Source: Camelus dromedarius (lineage: Eukaryota). Taken from it: a stretch of 64,000 nucleotides of DNA. Location: assembly GCF_036321535.1 (NCBI RefSeq), contig NC_087436.1:101868001-101932000 (forward strand). The letters run 5' to 3'. Position numbers and translations under genes: made by a program. Shown here one piece after another: positions 1 to 13,891 of this stretch (position 1 is its first letter; the number at the start of each line of letters is the position of its first letter). The notes beneath the pieces are model-generated. The model made no database searches. It saw only the letters and a program-made list of their open reading frames with translations, and was not told where the DNA came from.

Positions 1-1978
1 ACGATCACTAGTCTTAACAGACCTCTCTTCTAAGAGGCTGCATAAATCACCCTATCTTGGGAAGCACATTAGGAGGATGAAGGAAGAGTGTACTCCCTAC
101 TTCTGATTAACTATTGGCTAAAGTATTTTCCCACTGAAATTTAATTCTCAAAATTTCCTGGTAGCTTATGTGTTGTTCCCAAGTAGGTCTCAGGGTAAAT
201 CGTGGCTTAGTTGCATCAGGGGTGACCCACAGGAAAGAGTGAGATGTACAAGGAATGAGGATGAAATGAGTGAGACACCATTCATCAGTGCCCACGTGAA
301 GGAATGTCAGAGTCTACACGAAGTGGGTCATAAAAGTGTTAACTAAGGTAGATCAGTGGCCAAGAGCCCTGAAGGGAAATGGAGAGAGTGTGTCCTGGTA
401 CAACAGCAACGTCTTGACTGCTGGGCCGAAGTTGACATCAAAACGCATGTGAAAACTCAGAAAAGGGCACAGAGTTTCTGCAGCATTGGGAATCTTCAAC
501 TGTTAGCCTCCAAAGTGATGTGAATTATCTAAATAGACAAACGTCCAGATAAGCACTTCCAGCTCTAAGATGCTAATGAAAAAGAGAAGCTTTACTGTGA
601 GAAAGCTCCTTTCCTTTGTGCGCAAAGCAACTCCCACTCCCATTAGTGATATGAAAGTCAAACTGGCAAAAATCAACCTGAATAAAAAGAAAAATGAAAA
701 AGAAAAACAAAATAGGATGGTATCAGAACAATAGCCAAAAAATATAACTTGATCTAAGTTCCAAAATTAAAAAGACTCTAAATTGTAAGCTTTTTGGATG
801 AAAATACTGATATTTGGGATGTCTTTAAAAACTTAGGCTAATTTATAAAATTCCTCGGTATTCAGACTCATAGGAACAGCACGTTCTTTACAGATGAACA
901 AAAGTGTGCTTGCCTGGGCCTCTTACATAGGATATTTAGAAGAAAGCTGAGCTGTGCAGAGTTGGAGCACACAGGCAGGAACCACTGCCACGTAGGTCAA
1001 GTGCTTAGAACAACGACTGATGCACAGCAGATGCCCAATACTTCTTTTTAAAGAATGCATGGATTTCTGTTAAAGGAGAAAACAAATGATATAAAATCAC
1101 TGACTAAAGGTATGATCACGGTATTAAAGTTACTCTGATATGTCAATTACATTGGATATACGGAAAGTGATTGTTAACTTCATTTAAAAATGTCAATAGT
1201 CATACTACAACAGAAATTATACTCAATTATTTAAAATTATGACAAATAATTACACATACATGTACACAAACAATATTCCCTAAGGTTATATAGTTTGGGC
1301 ATTATTCTAAAGAGTGTATGATCGAAAACATTAAGACTAGTTTAGAAAATATTGATCTTCAAAATATAGTGGATTCTATTAACTTTGTATTCATGTAATT
1401 CTTTGTTCTTTCTGCTCTGATCCTCTATTTTGAGGCAGGTGATGTGATAGGCATTTGTCTTGCTGAACAAATTGGATTTTGCCTCTCTGATGTAGTTCCT
1501 AGTTCAGTAATTAATACACAGTCAATAATACTTAAGAATAGAAATAATACTTAAGAACAAGTGTGAGATATTAAAGTTACTGTATTGAAATGTTCTACTA
1601 ACTTCAAATGTATACTTACTAAATTAAGTGGAAAAAATACAAATCCTTATGTAGCACTCTCAATATTTTTTCCTTTTATTTTTCGTAAAACACAACTCTC
1701 TGAATAGCCTCTTATAAAATCACTTATTCAGTTTAAATAAATCCCAATCAAGTTGATCTAAAACATCTGATCTAAAAAAAATAATTTCCCCCCTCTATCT
1801 AAATTAGACTCACAACCATTATGCAAAACTAACAATCGTCCTGTTAGGAATCATTTATGTTATTACATGAAATAAGTATGGCTTTTGAACTAGAATATGA
1901 AGAGTTTATATTTTAAAAATATTTTCTTTAGACATAATGTAAAGGGAATATTTAAGTACAAAGAACAAAGAACTAAGA

Positions 1979-2636
1979 TGTTACCGGTAGATGCAACTGG
2001 TGTTCCAGGTTCTGGTCCTGTCCCAGAAAGAATTTAGAGACAAGGTGTCGTGGTTAAAAAAAAGTAAAGTGAGAATTTGTTAAAAGATGGATAGTACACT
2101 CTCAGGGGAGAGCGGGCAGGCTCAGGTGAGTGGCTGCCCTGAGTTTCTTTGGCAAGTGAGTTACATAGGGTGTAAAAATGAATGGGCGGAATATTCACTG
2201 GGGAGGGAAGGGTTTGGGGTTGTATTCCCTGATTATCATCCCAACTTCACCTTCCCAAAAGGAGGAGGGATTTTTGTCCTTATTTAGTCTGGATCAGAAG
2301 TGTCATGGCGTCGTGCATGATGGGCACTTCTAATCTGCAAAGCTAGTTTTACTGAAATGAGGGCATAATGAGCAAAAGGTTACATTCAGACACTGGAAAT
2401 TCCTGCCTTTTCTCACTTTTGTTTGTCAGTCTCCAGGCCGCTCATCACCTCAAAAGGTGTGACCCCTTATCAGCCCAAGTTTTCCTGCTTTTCTTTCTCG
2501 GCCCAGGGACCCCTGGTGCTTACATGATGTGTGGTTTCCTGCATTTGGCCTGTGCCCCTCCTTTCTGCCCAGTTCCTGCCATTTGGTCTGTGTCCCCCTT
2601 TCCCTGCTCGTATCTAGCTATCTGCCTGCTCTAACA
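1979..2636 (-). mobile_element. Solo ERV1-class LTR
   Basis: 658-bp GC-richer island bounded by TGTTA...TAACA inverted termini. The minus-strand start TGTTAGAGCAGGCAGATAGCTAGA resembles ERV1 (MER4/MER50-group) LTR starts as I recall them. Confidence 0.8.
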
Positions 2637-4310
2637 ATGCTAGTTCTACTCACAATATGTATTCCAATTTAAATATATTTTTTGATTTACATTGTCTTAT
2701 AATAAAACTATTGTTTGTAAGATTTCTTGCTTTCAAATTAAAGTGAGATTTTTCTTCTAGGGTCTTCTGATTATTGCTATTAAACATTTATTACAAACTC
2801 ATAGCATTCCTGTAAAGATAAATTCAATAATGGACACAACTGTTGTGCCTAAAATGCTTACAAAATAAGGAGAAACATGCCACAGAGAGCAGGTGCATAT
2901 AGTTTGATATTCTTCTCCATGGTGATTTCTAAGCCTCATATTCAATGGCCAGTAATGAATTCTGTTGATTTCTTATGTTGTAGATTTATAGTTGTGCTGA
3001 CGCTCGCTGAAAGATAACTTATTACCCATAACTTTCTTCTCTCCAGAAGGAGTAAAAACCATTTTGCAAGAATCCCTTCCTTATTTCATATACAAACAAA
3101 GAGTTAAGTTCAGAGTCTGCAGTCTACTTTTTTTTTTTTTCCTTTTCAGAACATTTTTCGGGACCTAGCAACTGCATTTCACCTGCTCTCAGTCACTCTG
3201 TTTTCTGCATTACATCATGTGTTGACGCATGTAACAGGAGACATTATGGCTCTGTATTCTAAAGTGTCTCAGTGGGAGAGATAAAAAAGAGGGAAAAAAG
3301 CTTGCTTTTTATAAGAGTCCAGTGTTTCCAGGCATTGCGCTTTTCATTCCTGAAATGTAATTGAGTTCCATGAGGTATTCGGCACACTTTCCGAAGTGAT
3401 AAAAATCATTAATGAGTTAGACAATTAAGGAATATTTATTGAAAAACCTATTTCCTGCCGAGCAGCTGACGTGCAAAAACCCTTGTTTGGAAGATGTGTC
3501 TGCCATGGTACTTCGGCTTACAAAGGAGCTCTTCATAGTTCTGAATTGAAAGTATTTGGAAGAATACAATAGGGAACACTTAAGTATGCAAAGTAGAACA
3601 AAATGAGATCGTATTGTTTCTAGTGAGTCTTAATGCTTCACATATTGTCAACTTAAATGGTTTCCACATTTGGGGTTATTTTCAATGAACTGTTGCTATT
3701 AGCTCAATCACAAACTTCACTTCTTTTTTTTTTTTTTTTTTTTTTTTTGAGAGACATTAGTCAAATAAAATTGTCCAGCTCTCATCTTTCCAAGAGACAG
3801 CTCTATGAAGTGAGGGCCACAAGACATTTACTCTAAATGTGTAACCTTCAGACAGGTAGAGTCACTCAGTGAGTTGCCATCTAACTCATTTACTCTTTCA
3901 GAAAGGTAGTTGTTTGGCAGATTGGAACATCTCTGGATTCCCTTACTGAGGTCCTGCCCAAACCATTTATTGTATCTCTTTATTAAGAAACTGATATGTT
4001 GAGCAGGCAGGGAAAAATAGAAAACCTAGAGTCCATCACAGGGCGAGTGTTTGATTTTGAATGGTGGAGAAAACTGTTTTCATGATGACTTTCAGGCAAA
4101 CCAGTGATTCTTCGGGCAAAGTTTGAACTCTGCATGGTTTTTTTTTTTTTTTTTTTTTTTTCCCTTTGGGCCTTGGCTGCCCTCTTGTGGTTATGATGTC
4201 TCTGTAGGTGTTCACTTGAATTTCTGGAAAAGTCCCATTATGAGTCAAAGTGCTTCACTTTTTATTACCCTTCTGGGTTCACAGTCCCTATTTGGTGTGT
4301 AAGACTTGAA

Positions 4311-4460
4311 ATAAAGAAAGAAAAAGAAAGAAAGGAAGGAAGGAGGGAGGAAGGAAGAAAGGAATAGAAGGAGGGAGGGAGAGAGGGAAGGAAGGAGGAA
4401 GGAATAGAGAGGAGGAAAAGGAAAATGAAAAAGAAAAGAATAAGGAAAGACAAAAGAAAG
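4311..4460 (+). repeat. Purine-rich low-complexity tract (GAAA/GGAA/GGAG)n
   Basis: About 150 bp almost entirely A/G. It explains the F/L/S/P-rich minus-strand ORFs at 4245-4656. Confidence 0.95.
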
Positions 4461-6689
4461 TGTATAGTCTGGAACCTTCTCTAGATTGTGTGTTTGTGCC
4501 TTTATAGATGGCGGTGTCTTGTAAAAGAAGTACACGGCAAGCCATGTGACATGTCTGTGTTAGAAGGAGAAATCTCTGACTTAAATGCATTAAAATATAT
4601 CCTGCTGCCTCTACTGAGAGCAGGAAGAGTTCGTCTCGCCATGTAGTTAGAAACATAGGTCAACGTTAGCCTTATCACAGAGCTAATATCAGGTCATATA
4701 GTAAAATATTGAAAGCCATGTATTAGATAAGCAAGTAGAAATGTAATTAGGTTAAGTCACATGGCAATAATTCTAAATTGTATACTCTCTCCCCATTCAT
4801 TCTTTAGCCATGCACATTGCATACATTTAAATTCTTAGAAACCAAAATAAATCTTTCTTTGGAGTGTTTTAACAGCCACTGAACTAAAATACATAATTTT
4901 AGCAACAGAGTTAAACCGTATGTCTGGTCTAGGACTGACACCAACTTGTCACTCAACACCAGGGAAATATTTTCATCTTACCACACCTGTTTCTTTACTA
5001 AATAGTTTATTTCTTAAAAAACATGATTCTTATAAATATTAGCTTATTTTTGTAGTACATGAAAAAATTAAATTTCTTAAAGTATTATTATAGAAAACAA
5101 TGATACACTAAAAATCATAAGATAAAATATTTTCTCCTTGTCCAAAACTTTCTTATCCCAAGTAAGCTCTTGACATTAAAACATGTATGCCTCCCTCCTC
5201 ACTACACACACATGCATGCAAACCTGTGCTCCTGTCTGCAGAAATCATGGGTCAGGAAACCAAGTCACCACGGATTCTAACAGTGAATCTGATGCTGTTT
5301 GAGTGTGTGCTTGCAACCGTGTAGATTCTAATCTTCGGCTTTCAGTTTCCTCTAAAATAAAAGATCTAGTGTACAGGTTTTCTAACATTCTGAAATTTAG
5401 CCTTAATTCTCTGTTTTAGACTTCATGTACTTGTCCTTCTGATTTATAGAGTATATCTATGTGCCCCTTGATCCAATTTTGAGATTTTGTTCACACCATT
5501 TTCTTCTCCCTTTGCGTTCTCTCAACCTTTACTTCCTGAATAGCCTAAGTGCAAATGTACTGATTGATCGGCCAGAACTTTTGAGCAATAATAAACTATC
5601 ACTTCCCCTTTCATGCCTGCTCAACGGTTTTCTGCAGGCTACGGTGTAAGGATTCCAACACTTTTACCTGAAACTCTGGACCAATTTAAAGGGAATTACT
5701 ATGGATCTCAGAACATAGAGTTGATATGTATCAGAATATAGGCTTGACCCTGTCAAGCCCTGGTTCTCAAATCCTCACTTGAAACTCATCTCACCACACC
5801 TTTTACCCTAGTTTATACTTTGTGTTGGATAGAAGTTCAATGAATGGTCAGTTGCTGATCACAGCAACTATTTGAAAACTCAGGTCCTACAAGAACTTTT
5901 GCCTGCAGATGCAAAGATGAAACTTGAATTCATATTTGAGCCAAAATGGTGAGATTAACAAATCCTACCATGTTTCTATTCCATGTGCTCCTGTCCTCCC
6001 TACCACCTAAAATCCAAGGAGCTTCGTTGCCTGTTCTCCTCTTTTCTTGCACGTTTCTGCTTTTCCTTTAGAGGATCATGTCCAACTTTCTTTTCTGCTA
6101 TACCGCATGGACCTGCACGGCTGTTGTAGGCAAAATATACTCCCCACTTTTTACTGGACAGCTTTTACTCCTCAGTCTTAAATGATAATGAGCTCACTCT
6201 TTTATTAAGTAAGTTAGTTAAATGTTATGTTTTGGTTTCATGAATAGTGATTAACATGTGATGACTTGAACAGAACTGAAGAACAGTTCTCTGGCAAGAA
6301 ACAGCCCAGAATTAAGTAGAAGAGAGTTATCAAAGTTGATGTAACTCCTCAGTCCTGGGTTTTATGTTTCTAGGTCCAAACCAGCTGCTTCCAATCTCAT
6401 CATAACCCTGATATCAGGAAGAGGGGATTCAAAGTAGAGGGCAATTGACAAATTGCATGTTTCATTTCCGCTCACCTTGCTTAAACCAAAATATGGCCTT
6501 ACCAGCTTGCAAAAGAATATGGGATATGTTTTTCTAGCCCAGCAGCCATATGGACAGCTAAATCTCAGAGGGGAACTAAAACTAAATTAAAGAGTGGGTA
6601 ATGGATAATTGCGAACAATTTTTTTCTGCTACATATAATTTCCCCTGAAAACTTCTCATTTCCGCTCACTACAAAACGTAGACACCCTT

Positions 6690-7301
6690 TTCATTTACTT
6701 CTTTTTTATTATATTTTTTAAATTGACATACAGTCACTTTACAATGTTGTGTCAATTTCTGGTGTACAGCATAATGTTGCAGTCATACATATGCATATAT
6801 ATATTCATGTTCATATTCTTTTTCATTATTGGTTACTACAAGATATTGAATATAGTTCCCTGTGCTATACAGAAGAAATTTTTTTCTTCTGTTTTTTATA
6901 TAGTAGCTAATATTTAAAAATCATCTAAAACTCTCAATTTATCCCTTCCTACCCTCTTCCTCCACCCCGTAATCATAAGTGTTTTCTAGTCTGTGAGTCT
7001 GTTGTGTTTTGTAAATAAGTTCATTTGTCTTTTTTTTTTTAGATTCCACGTATTAGTGATATCATATGGTATTTTTCTTTCTTTTTCTTGCTTACTTCAC
7101 TTAGAATGACAATCTCCAGGTCCATTCATGTTGCTGCAAATGGAATTATTTTATTCTTCTTAACGCCTGAGTAATATTCCATTGTATAAACATATCACAA
7201 CTTCTTTATCCAGTCATCTGTTGATGGACATTTAGGTTGTTTCTATATCTTGGCTACTGTAAATAGTGCTGCTGTGAACACTGGGGTGCATGTATATTTT
7301 T
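6690..7301 (-). mobile_element. 5'-truncated L1 (3' UTR plus ORF2 C-terminal end), artiodactyl/camelid type
   Basis: T-rich tail at left, then typical antisense L1 3' sequence (ttccctgtgctatacag, tttagattccac, catctgttgatggacatttaggttg, aaatagtgctgct). Similar to the element at 62253. Confidence 0.92.
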
Positions 7302-7818
7302 GGCTCTAAACCAGTAAGTACCTTTGCCTAAGATCTCAACTTTTGCTAGATCTCACTTTTCTCTGTATAGGATATGTGGAATATGTTGACAAAAGTGATC
7401 ATTTTCATGTTTTATGCATTTTAACTTCATAAATATTTGACAGCAACTTACACACTTTTACTTCTTAAATCATTTTCCCTGAATTTATGTAATAATCTCC
7501 CTTTCATGGAAGAGAAGCTCTGTCACTTGTTCTCAATTTGTACATTTGAATGTAGAGAACTTTAGATGTCAATCAATTTCTCAATCTTCTCTATAAACAA
7601 CTTTACATCATAGTGATGTTTGCTGGGATATAGCCTAAATATAAACAACTTATAATAAAGGAATTTGTAAGCATTGAGTAACCTTGTGTACATTATAGAC
7701 TTCTTTACCTGAAAGTTGAAAATCCTGAAACCTAATTACTACTGTTGATTATTCAAATGTCTAACTCAAGGACCTCTTGAGATTGTAAGAACTCTGGTGG
7801 AGTGAAACACATGTCATG

Positions 7819-8310
7819 TGTAGTGGGTATCTTTAGAACTGACTGCAGAGCTCAGCCAGTTCTTTTAGATGCTTCTTTTTGCCCCTTTTCTCTTAGCAAT
7901 AGTAATGGTCCTCCACAACCATTTGGAACAAAGTAGTCTGGCCCACTTCCTCCTTCACAATTGACTGGGCTACAGATGGTGACCTAGTCCAAGCTGGAGT
8001 AATCAGCACTTGATATCCAGGTATTTGACCAAAAAGTGATGGAGGAAAGAGTCCAAGAGAGACAACTAAGCAGTAGAGCAGAGAGCAACGGTTTTCAGAA
8101 AGAGAGAATGAGCACATGATGAGAGAAGCAGAAGCAAAGAGGCAGAATAGCATGTCCGGGTTTCCAATCAGCTTTCTAGTTCCCTGCTTCGGTATTCTCC
8201 TAGTCCTGGCTGGGCCTTGAGAACTCCGTGAAAGATTTCTGACTTGTCTTAGTAAACTGGCATCTTTGTTTTGTTCAAATTAATTTCTGTGACCAGAAAG
8301 TAGAGACTGA
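7819..8310 (+). mobile_element. Old MaLR LTR remnant (MLT1J/K-like)
   Basis: TGTAGTGG start, purine-rich middle and an MLT1-like 3' end (taaac...tttctgtgaccagaaag). Highly diverged. Confidence 0.4.
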
Positions 8311-11300
8311 TGTAAAGCACCAAAATTCTGCATATAATATTGTAGCTACACTTCTCTACAGGTGAGCTGAATACAAAATAGATACTTAAATGGGGGTTTT
8401 GGGTTGGTTTCAGCAACAAAAAAATGAAGAAACTTTTCAAACTGCTGAGAAATAAAAATAACAAAATATGAGGTGATTTATAGCAACTGAGTATGTTAGC
8501 AATGAAGGCGATTCAATGAATTTTTTTAAGGAGTGGATATTTTGATGATGTAATCGGAGATTAATTACCTACTAGAATAATTATAAATGAATCAATAACT
8601 GCATTTCATGGCATATTACATAGATTTGTTCAATTCTGATTAAGAAAAAATATAGTGACTTTTTTTCTTTTTTTTTTTGGTCACTTGTTTTGGGAACATA
8701 AAACATTGATTCTGCCTTTTCATTTTCTTATATTATAAAACCATGTCACCTGTGGTTTTACGCTAGTTTAGTCTTATTTCATTCTGTGAATCACCTTCTC
8801 AGCTTTCACATAAAGGGCCATAATTATGGCTAAATAATTATTAGGCCTACTGATCATTTTAAGGCACTTTTGGCATCAAAGCCGTTAAGGAAATCAAATT
8901 AGTATGCGATAACAAACAGTACTTCTTTTCCTCCTTACTATTGCTTTTCAACAATAGACCTTTGTTGTCAGATGAATAGTAAAATATGCAAATTGGAAAG
9001 AAATGATGAAGAGGTGACAGCAGTAAATTGTGTGTGTATGTGTGTCAGAGAGAGAAAAGGAGAGACAGACAACAGTTAGAACTGAGAAAGGATGCCAACC
9101 CAAGAGGACACATGAGACACAAAGGCAAATTGGAGAATGCAACCATTCTATCACCCCATGTATAAAGATATGAAGCCTGGCAACTGGACTTGGATGACAG
9201 AATATTCAACTAAATCTGTGCACTGAGAATGTATGCTCCCTGAGAATGAGTTTGGGAAAAATTCATTTAGTTAATTTTTAACCACACCATTGAATTGAGA
9301 CAGTAGAATACTTTCAACTGATTAATTAAATCATTTATTTGAAATGATTCATATAGATTAATTATAAAAGCTGAAGTACGTATCATTTAAAGGGTTTCAT
9401 TGAATATGAACCCTTTGAAATAAAAAAGTCATTTCCCTCCATTTACTATGAAAAATAAATTGTAAAGCACATCTTTTTTGCTCCTTGTAGTTATAGTGAC
9501 TTTATTTGCTCATCAATTTTATCTTTTCATGCTAATATTCTACAGTTATAGCTTCATCTTCAACCCTTGACCTATGATTTAAACATTGGATAATATATAC
9601 AATAAGTGTACTCGTTAAGAGTGCTTTTGTAGTGATACCGTACCAATGGGCGTCATAATGTCATTAAACGTCAAGTCTTGAAATTGGTATGTTGATTAAA
9701 GAGTAATTTAGTCTAAAGTTCATCAGGTTCAAATGTACACAACCCAAGATTTAAATACAATAGGGTCTTTCCAACTGAAGGCAAAATGGTAGAAGCATGT
9801 TACCTAAGAATAACAAATGACCTGAAATAAACTATCTTGTACTGCCTAGGGCGTTAAGCAAATGGCAAGATGCCAGCCACCAAACCTCTAGTGTAGCAGA
9901 ATATGGTGTGCCTTCCAGTGGGTGTGCTGGATTGCACTTGCTAGAAAATTTAAAGGCACTCTGGAGCCCATATTCCCACATATTACTCCCTTGAGAACAC
10001 TGCGCTGGAGTGAAAGCATGGAAAATGAGAATCTTCCTTCCTTCTTAGATAAGAATGATGAATCTGGTGGGAAAAGTAAGGAAGTTAAAAAGATGTGGGA
10101 AGTGATCTCACACCCTCAAAGCTCTTTACTGTTTCTACAAGGAGCTCTGGGGAATACATTGGTGGACGCTCCAAATCGCTTTGCTGTTGTAAATCTATGG
10201 GAAAATGCAAGATGATTCTGTGGACTACAGATGAAAAGAAACGTCTCTCACTTAGTCTTCTTTAAGAAAAAGTTTGAAATCTTATTTTCCATTTTTTGGA
10301 GCAGATCATTGCTGTGGTTGTTACCTGAGGCTTCAGGAACATGGATGGTTTCATAAGAGAGAATCTGTCAACAGTATCTCAGACAGGCAGGCAATAAAGA
10401 GGATCTATTAGAAAAGAGAAATTGAAAAATGTGAGAAGTAGAAAGTATATAAACTTAATCTTGAATCTTTAGAAAACAAGTGCTAAAAAGTGTAGAACAA
10501 ATAAGTCAAGATATCAGTTAGAGACTTGGAAAATAGAAGGAGGAGGGGAAAAAAGAGGAAGGATTTTTAAAATGGTAACAATTCAGCCCGTTAATTTTCC
10601 TGCTAAAATATCTCCAAAAAACTACATATTGCCTATTAAATTTGTTTAATGGATAACCTGTCAGATTTCACAGATGTGGTCACATAGTCATTTTTATTTT
10701 TAAAAATAGATTGAAAAAGTCATTATTTAAGAGTATTTGCTGATACTTAACAATCAGCTTAGATCAAAAATTAAAATAATCATCATAATTAGGAATGTCT
10801 GAGAATGGAAAGTGGGAAAGTGAAAATACTGGTTAATCGGATTCTAGGCAAGTTATAATAGAATCACATACTCAAGGTCATGGCCAACAGAGGCATAACC
10901 AACGATCTAGAAAGGAATGATAGTGATTATTCCAGCAATGGTCCAGTAGCTTGTAACCCAAATTTCCTTTTACTTATTTCAATCTAGTTAAGTTTATACT
11001 CTTAGAGAAAGTAGAAGAGATAGGATTAGATAATGGGATAGGCTTTATTTTATGTTTATCTATTTTTCATTTATTTATTCAGTTAATATTGTTGACAACC
11101 TCTCATGTACCAGTAGCTCTAACAGATTCTGAGATCAAGGTAAATAGAATAGTCAGAGTTCCTGCCTTGAGGAACTTTTATTTAGTCCAATGAGAAAAAC
11201 ATTACTAATTGCAAGCGTGATGATGGTTTAAAATGAGAAAAAAAATAAAGATAGTTTAAAAGACTTTCTGGTTGTATTTTGCATTTTACTGCTGCATCAT

Positions 11301-11429
11301 CAGTTGTTTGCTATTGACCAGATTTCCAACCTTTCCCCATTGCATCAGGTAAGGAGATCCTGCAGTCCCCATTGCACAGACAAGGCCAACAAGCCCAAGT
11401 TGCATGAGAGGCCTGCTGAAATAAAGTCA

Positions 11430-11775
11430 CAAGCGTCAGGGAACGACAGTCCAGGGGCAAATCCAGCCTGCTCTCCACTTCTGTACAGCTCACAGTCTGA
11501 GAATGGGTTTTTTTCTCATTTTCGAGTGGTAGAAACATACCATTTGGAGAATAATATTTTGTGACATATGAAATTATATGAAATTCAAATTTCAGTGTTC
11601 ATGAATCAAGTTTTATTATCAAACAGTCATCCTTCATCATTTACATGTTTTTTTTCCTGTGGCTGCTTTCACTCTCCAGCGGCAGATCTGAGCAGCTGGG
11701 AGGGAAATCATATGGCCCGCCAAGCCTAAAGTATTAATAATCTGCTCCTTCACAGAAAAAGTTTTTCCCACATTT
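11430..11775 (+). mobile_element. MER58B (hAT-Charlie non-autonomous DNA transposon)
   Basis: Diagnostic blocks aaattatatgaaattcaaatttcagtgt, ggctgctttc and tatggcccgccaagcctaaa...cagaaaaagttt. Confidence 0.88.
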
Positions 11776-12924
11776 GTCAATAAAGGAAACCATCTTTATC
11801 ATTTTCATAATATTTGAATTGTATTAAATATTTAGTATATGTGAATCACTACTATTTACTCTTTGCATGTATTAAATAACGACAAACACACTTATGAAGA
11901 AGAGACTTCCTCCACTTTAAAATGAGAAAGTTGAAAATGACATTTGTTTTTTTAAGGTCAGAGAGTAAGAGTGTGAGCGGGGATTTCAACCTTTGCAGAT
12001 TGACTCCAAAACCTAAGCTCTTTCCCACTGTTCTATACTTGTAGCGGGGGATAGGCTTGGTCCTCATGATTTTCAAGATCACTTTAAGCTGGAAATTGCA
12101 ATAATTGTTTAATCAGACTCCCCATCAGTTTTATATAAATAAACCACACATGTCTGACACCTGTGTAGTATTTTAGATGCTAATGGTGAACTCCACTAGT
12201 TTTGTCTGCTGCTATGTCGTTCAAAAGTAAAAATTAATATAATACTATGAAAGAGTCTGCTTTTTGGGTCACATATTTTCGCACCTTGGTGACTGTCTAC
12301 AATTTCTATGAGCATTCATTTTTCAAGGACCATGGAACGGATTAAAATTAAGAATGTGTGGTAAACTTAACTTCTAAGAAGGCCAGATGTCTAATTTGTC
12401 TTTTTCACTCTTGATAGCTGATTAAAGAGTTTTGAATAAAGTAGTAACTTAATCCACATTTCTATTGTGACCTGAGTGGCACCATTCAAGAAATTAGTCC
12501 TCTTGTTCAAGACTTACAGTCAAATAAAAGGTAGATAATTAATACTCTGTACTTGCTTTTATTGGTAATATCATCTGGTCATGTATGTGTAAATGTTTAT
12601 TTGAAAAGTCAGTTCATCACTAAATTGTAAAGTGTTCAAATGCAAGAGTCAAATACTTGTTTTTTAGCCACCTGACGCTTATTTCTGTAGTATCAATTCT
12701 ATAATTTTATGTAACAGTTTTGAAGTAGTGAAGTCATAATAAACAATAACTTTTAAAATTTAACCTCACTATCTTAATTTAATTTCAGCACAATCGTTTA
12801 GGACATTTATGATCTTCATTAAGGAACTCAATATCAACACACAGTTGTTCTCAGTTATAACTATAAGCTACGTACATAGTCATTATACAATGCTTACCCT
12901 AGGGAGAGGTTAAGCCATGCTGAA

Positions 12925-13080
12925 CATGCACTGTTTTATTTAATCCTCAGAACATCATCATAAGGTAGGTACTATTACAATTTTTGTTTTAAAGGAATCT
13001 GAAGCTTTCCAAGAAGTCAGAGGTAGGAAACCAGCATTACACCAAGACATGCTTGAGTCAGAGACCATAGTTTTTGCTTT
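12925..13080 (-). mobile_element. MIR SINE fragment
   Basis: MIR core-like tttaatcctca...aggtaggtactatta...gaatctgaagct. Further MIR-like scraps lie near 11900, 17150, 22230, 48350, 48800-49000, 56150-56300 and 60900-61100. Confidence 0.6.
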
Positions 13081-13422
13081 AGGGCTCCACGGATTGTATA
13101 ACAAGTGGAGAGGAGAAGGTAGAAAGAGAGAAACAGAGTATTACTTAGCACTAAAAACATATGTAGGATATTAAAATGAAAAAGTAAAGGCAGCTAATGA
13201 ACATAAATATGCATTGATCATTGTATTTTTTTTTTTTTACTTTTTCCTACTTTTTAAGCTGGCTGTCTGAATAAGAAAGGAGGTATTTCTAGAAATCTTT
13301 CCTAAAATCTAGGTACAAATTGATAGGAAAGTAAAGAAGAAATGGGAAGCGGTGAACATAGATAAGAAAAGGAAGAGATTTCAGATAATCTTGTATTCAA
13401 TTTAGTTCCCTCCCTAAGTGAC

Positions 13423-13891
13423 TGTAGAGGTGGAAAATGTTCTCTTCTTCATTTGCGGGGTCTGTAGCTGGTCTTATAATTAAATTGACATAAGTCAGAT
13501 TAGTAGGAGAAAAACAAAATGTGTGCATGGAGGGGGCATAAAAATATGAGACTCCCCAGCAGTCAGTTAATTGGAGTTTAGATAGCATCCTGAGCTAAGG
13601 AGAATGGGCTAGGATAGGGGACCAGGGCTGAAAAGGGAGGAAGATAAGTCACAGGAAGATGAGAAGTGCAAGTGTTTGCCAAGCCACACAGATAAGTCTT
13701 TCTCGTATAAAAAGTTATCTCTGGTAATAGTTCTTTCCCTGGTACAGCCTCCTATCCAAATTCTTTTAGGCAGTTAAGGGGAAAACAAAAAAGTTCTTCT
13801 TGAGTCTGTTAGCTCCGATTGTCTCCAGCTCAAAACAATCCACATGCCAAAGTGACTCATTTGGGCTGATGTATTCGGCTCCCCTGCTTCA
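13423..13891 (-). mobile_element. Solo ERV1 LTR, MER34-like
   Basis: TG...CA termini. The right end cagctcaaaacaatccacatgccaaagtg...tttggg...attcggctcccc is the reverse complement of a MER34-type LTR start as recalled. Confidence 0.75.

Noticed and set aside
1524..1557. 15-bp direct repeat AATAATACTTAAGAA x2
   Set aside because: Only 4 bp apart; an ordinary local slippage duplication.
4245..4656. Three overlapping minus-strand ORFs
   Set aside because: Artefacts of the stop-free purine/pyrimidine low-complexity tract.
9922..10215. 97-aa ORF with globular-looking composition
   Set aside because: Non-ATG start, no recognisable homology and no convincing flanking splice sites.
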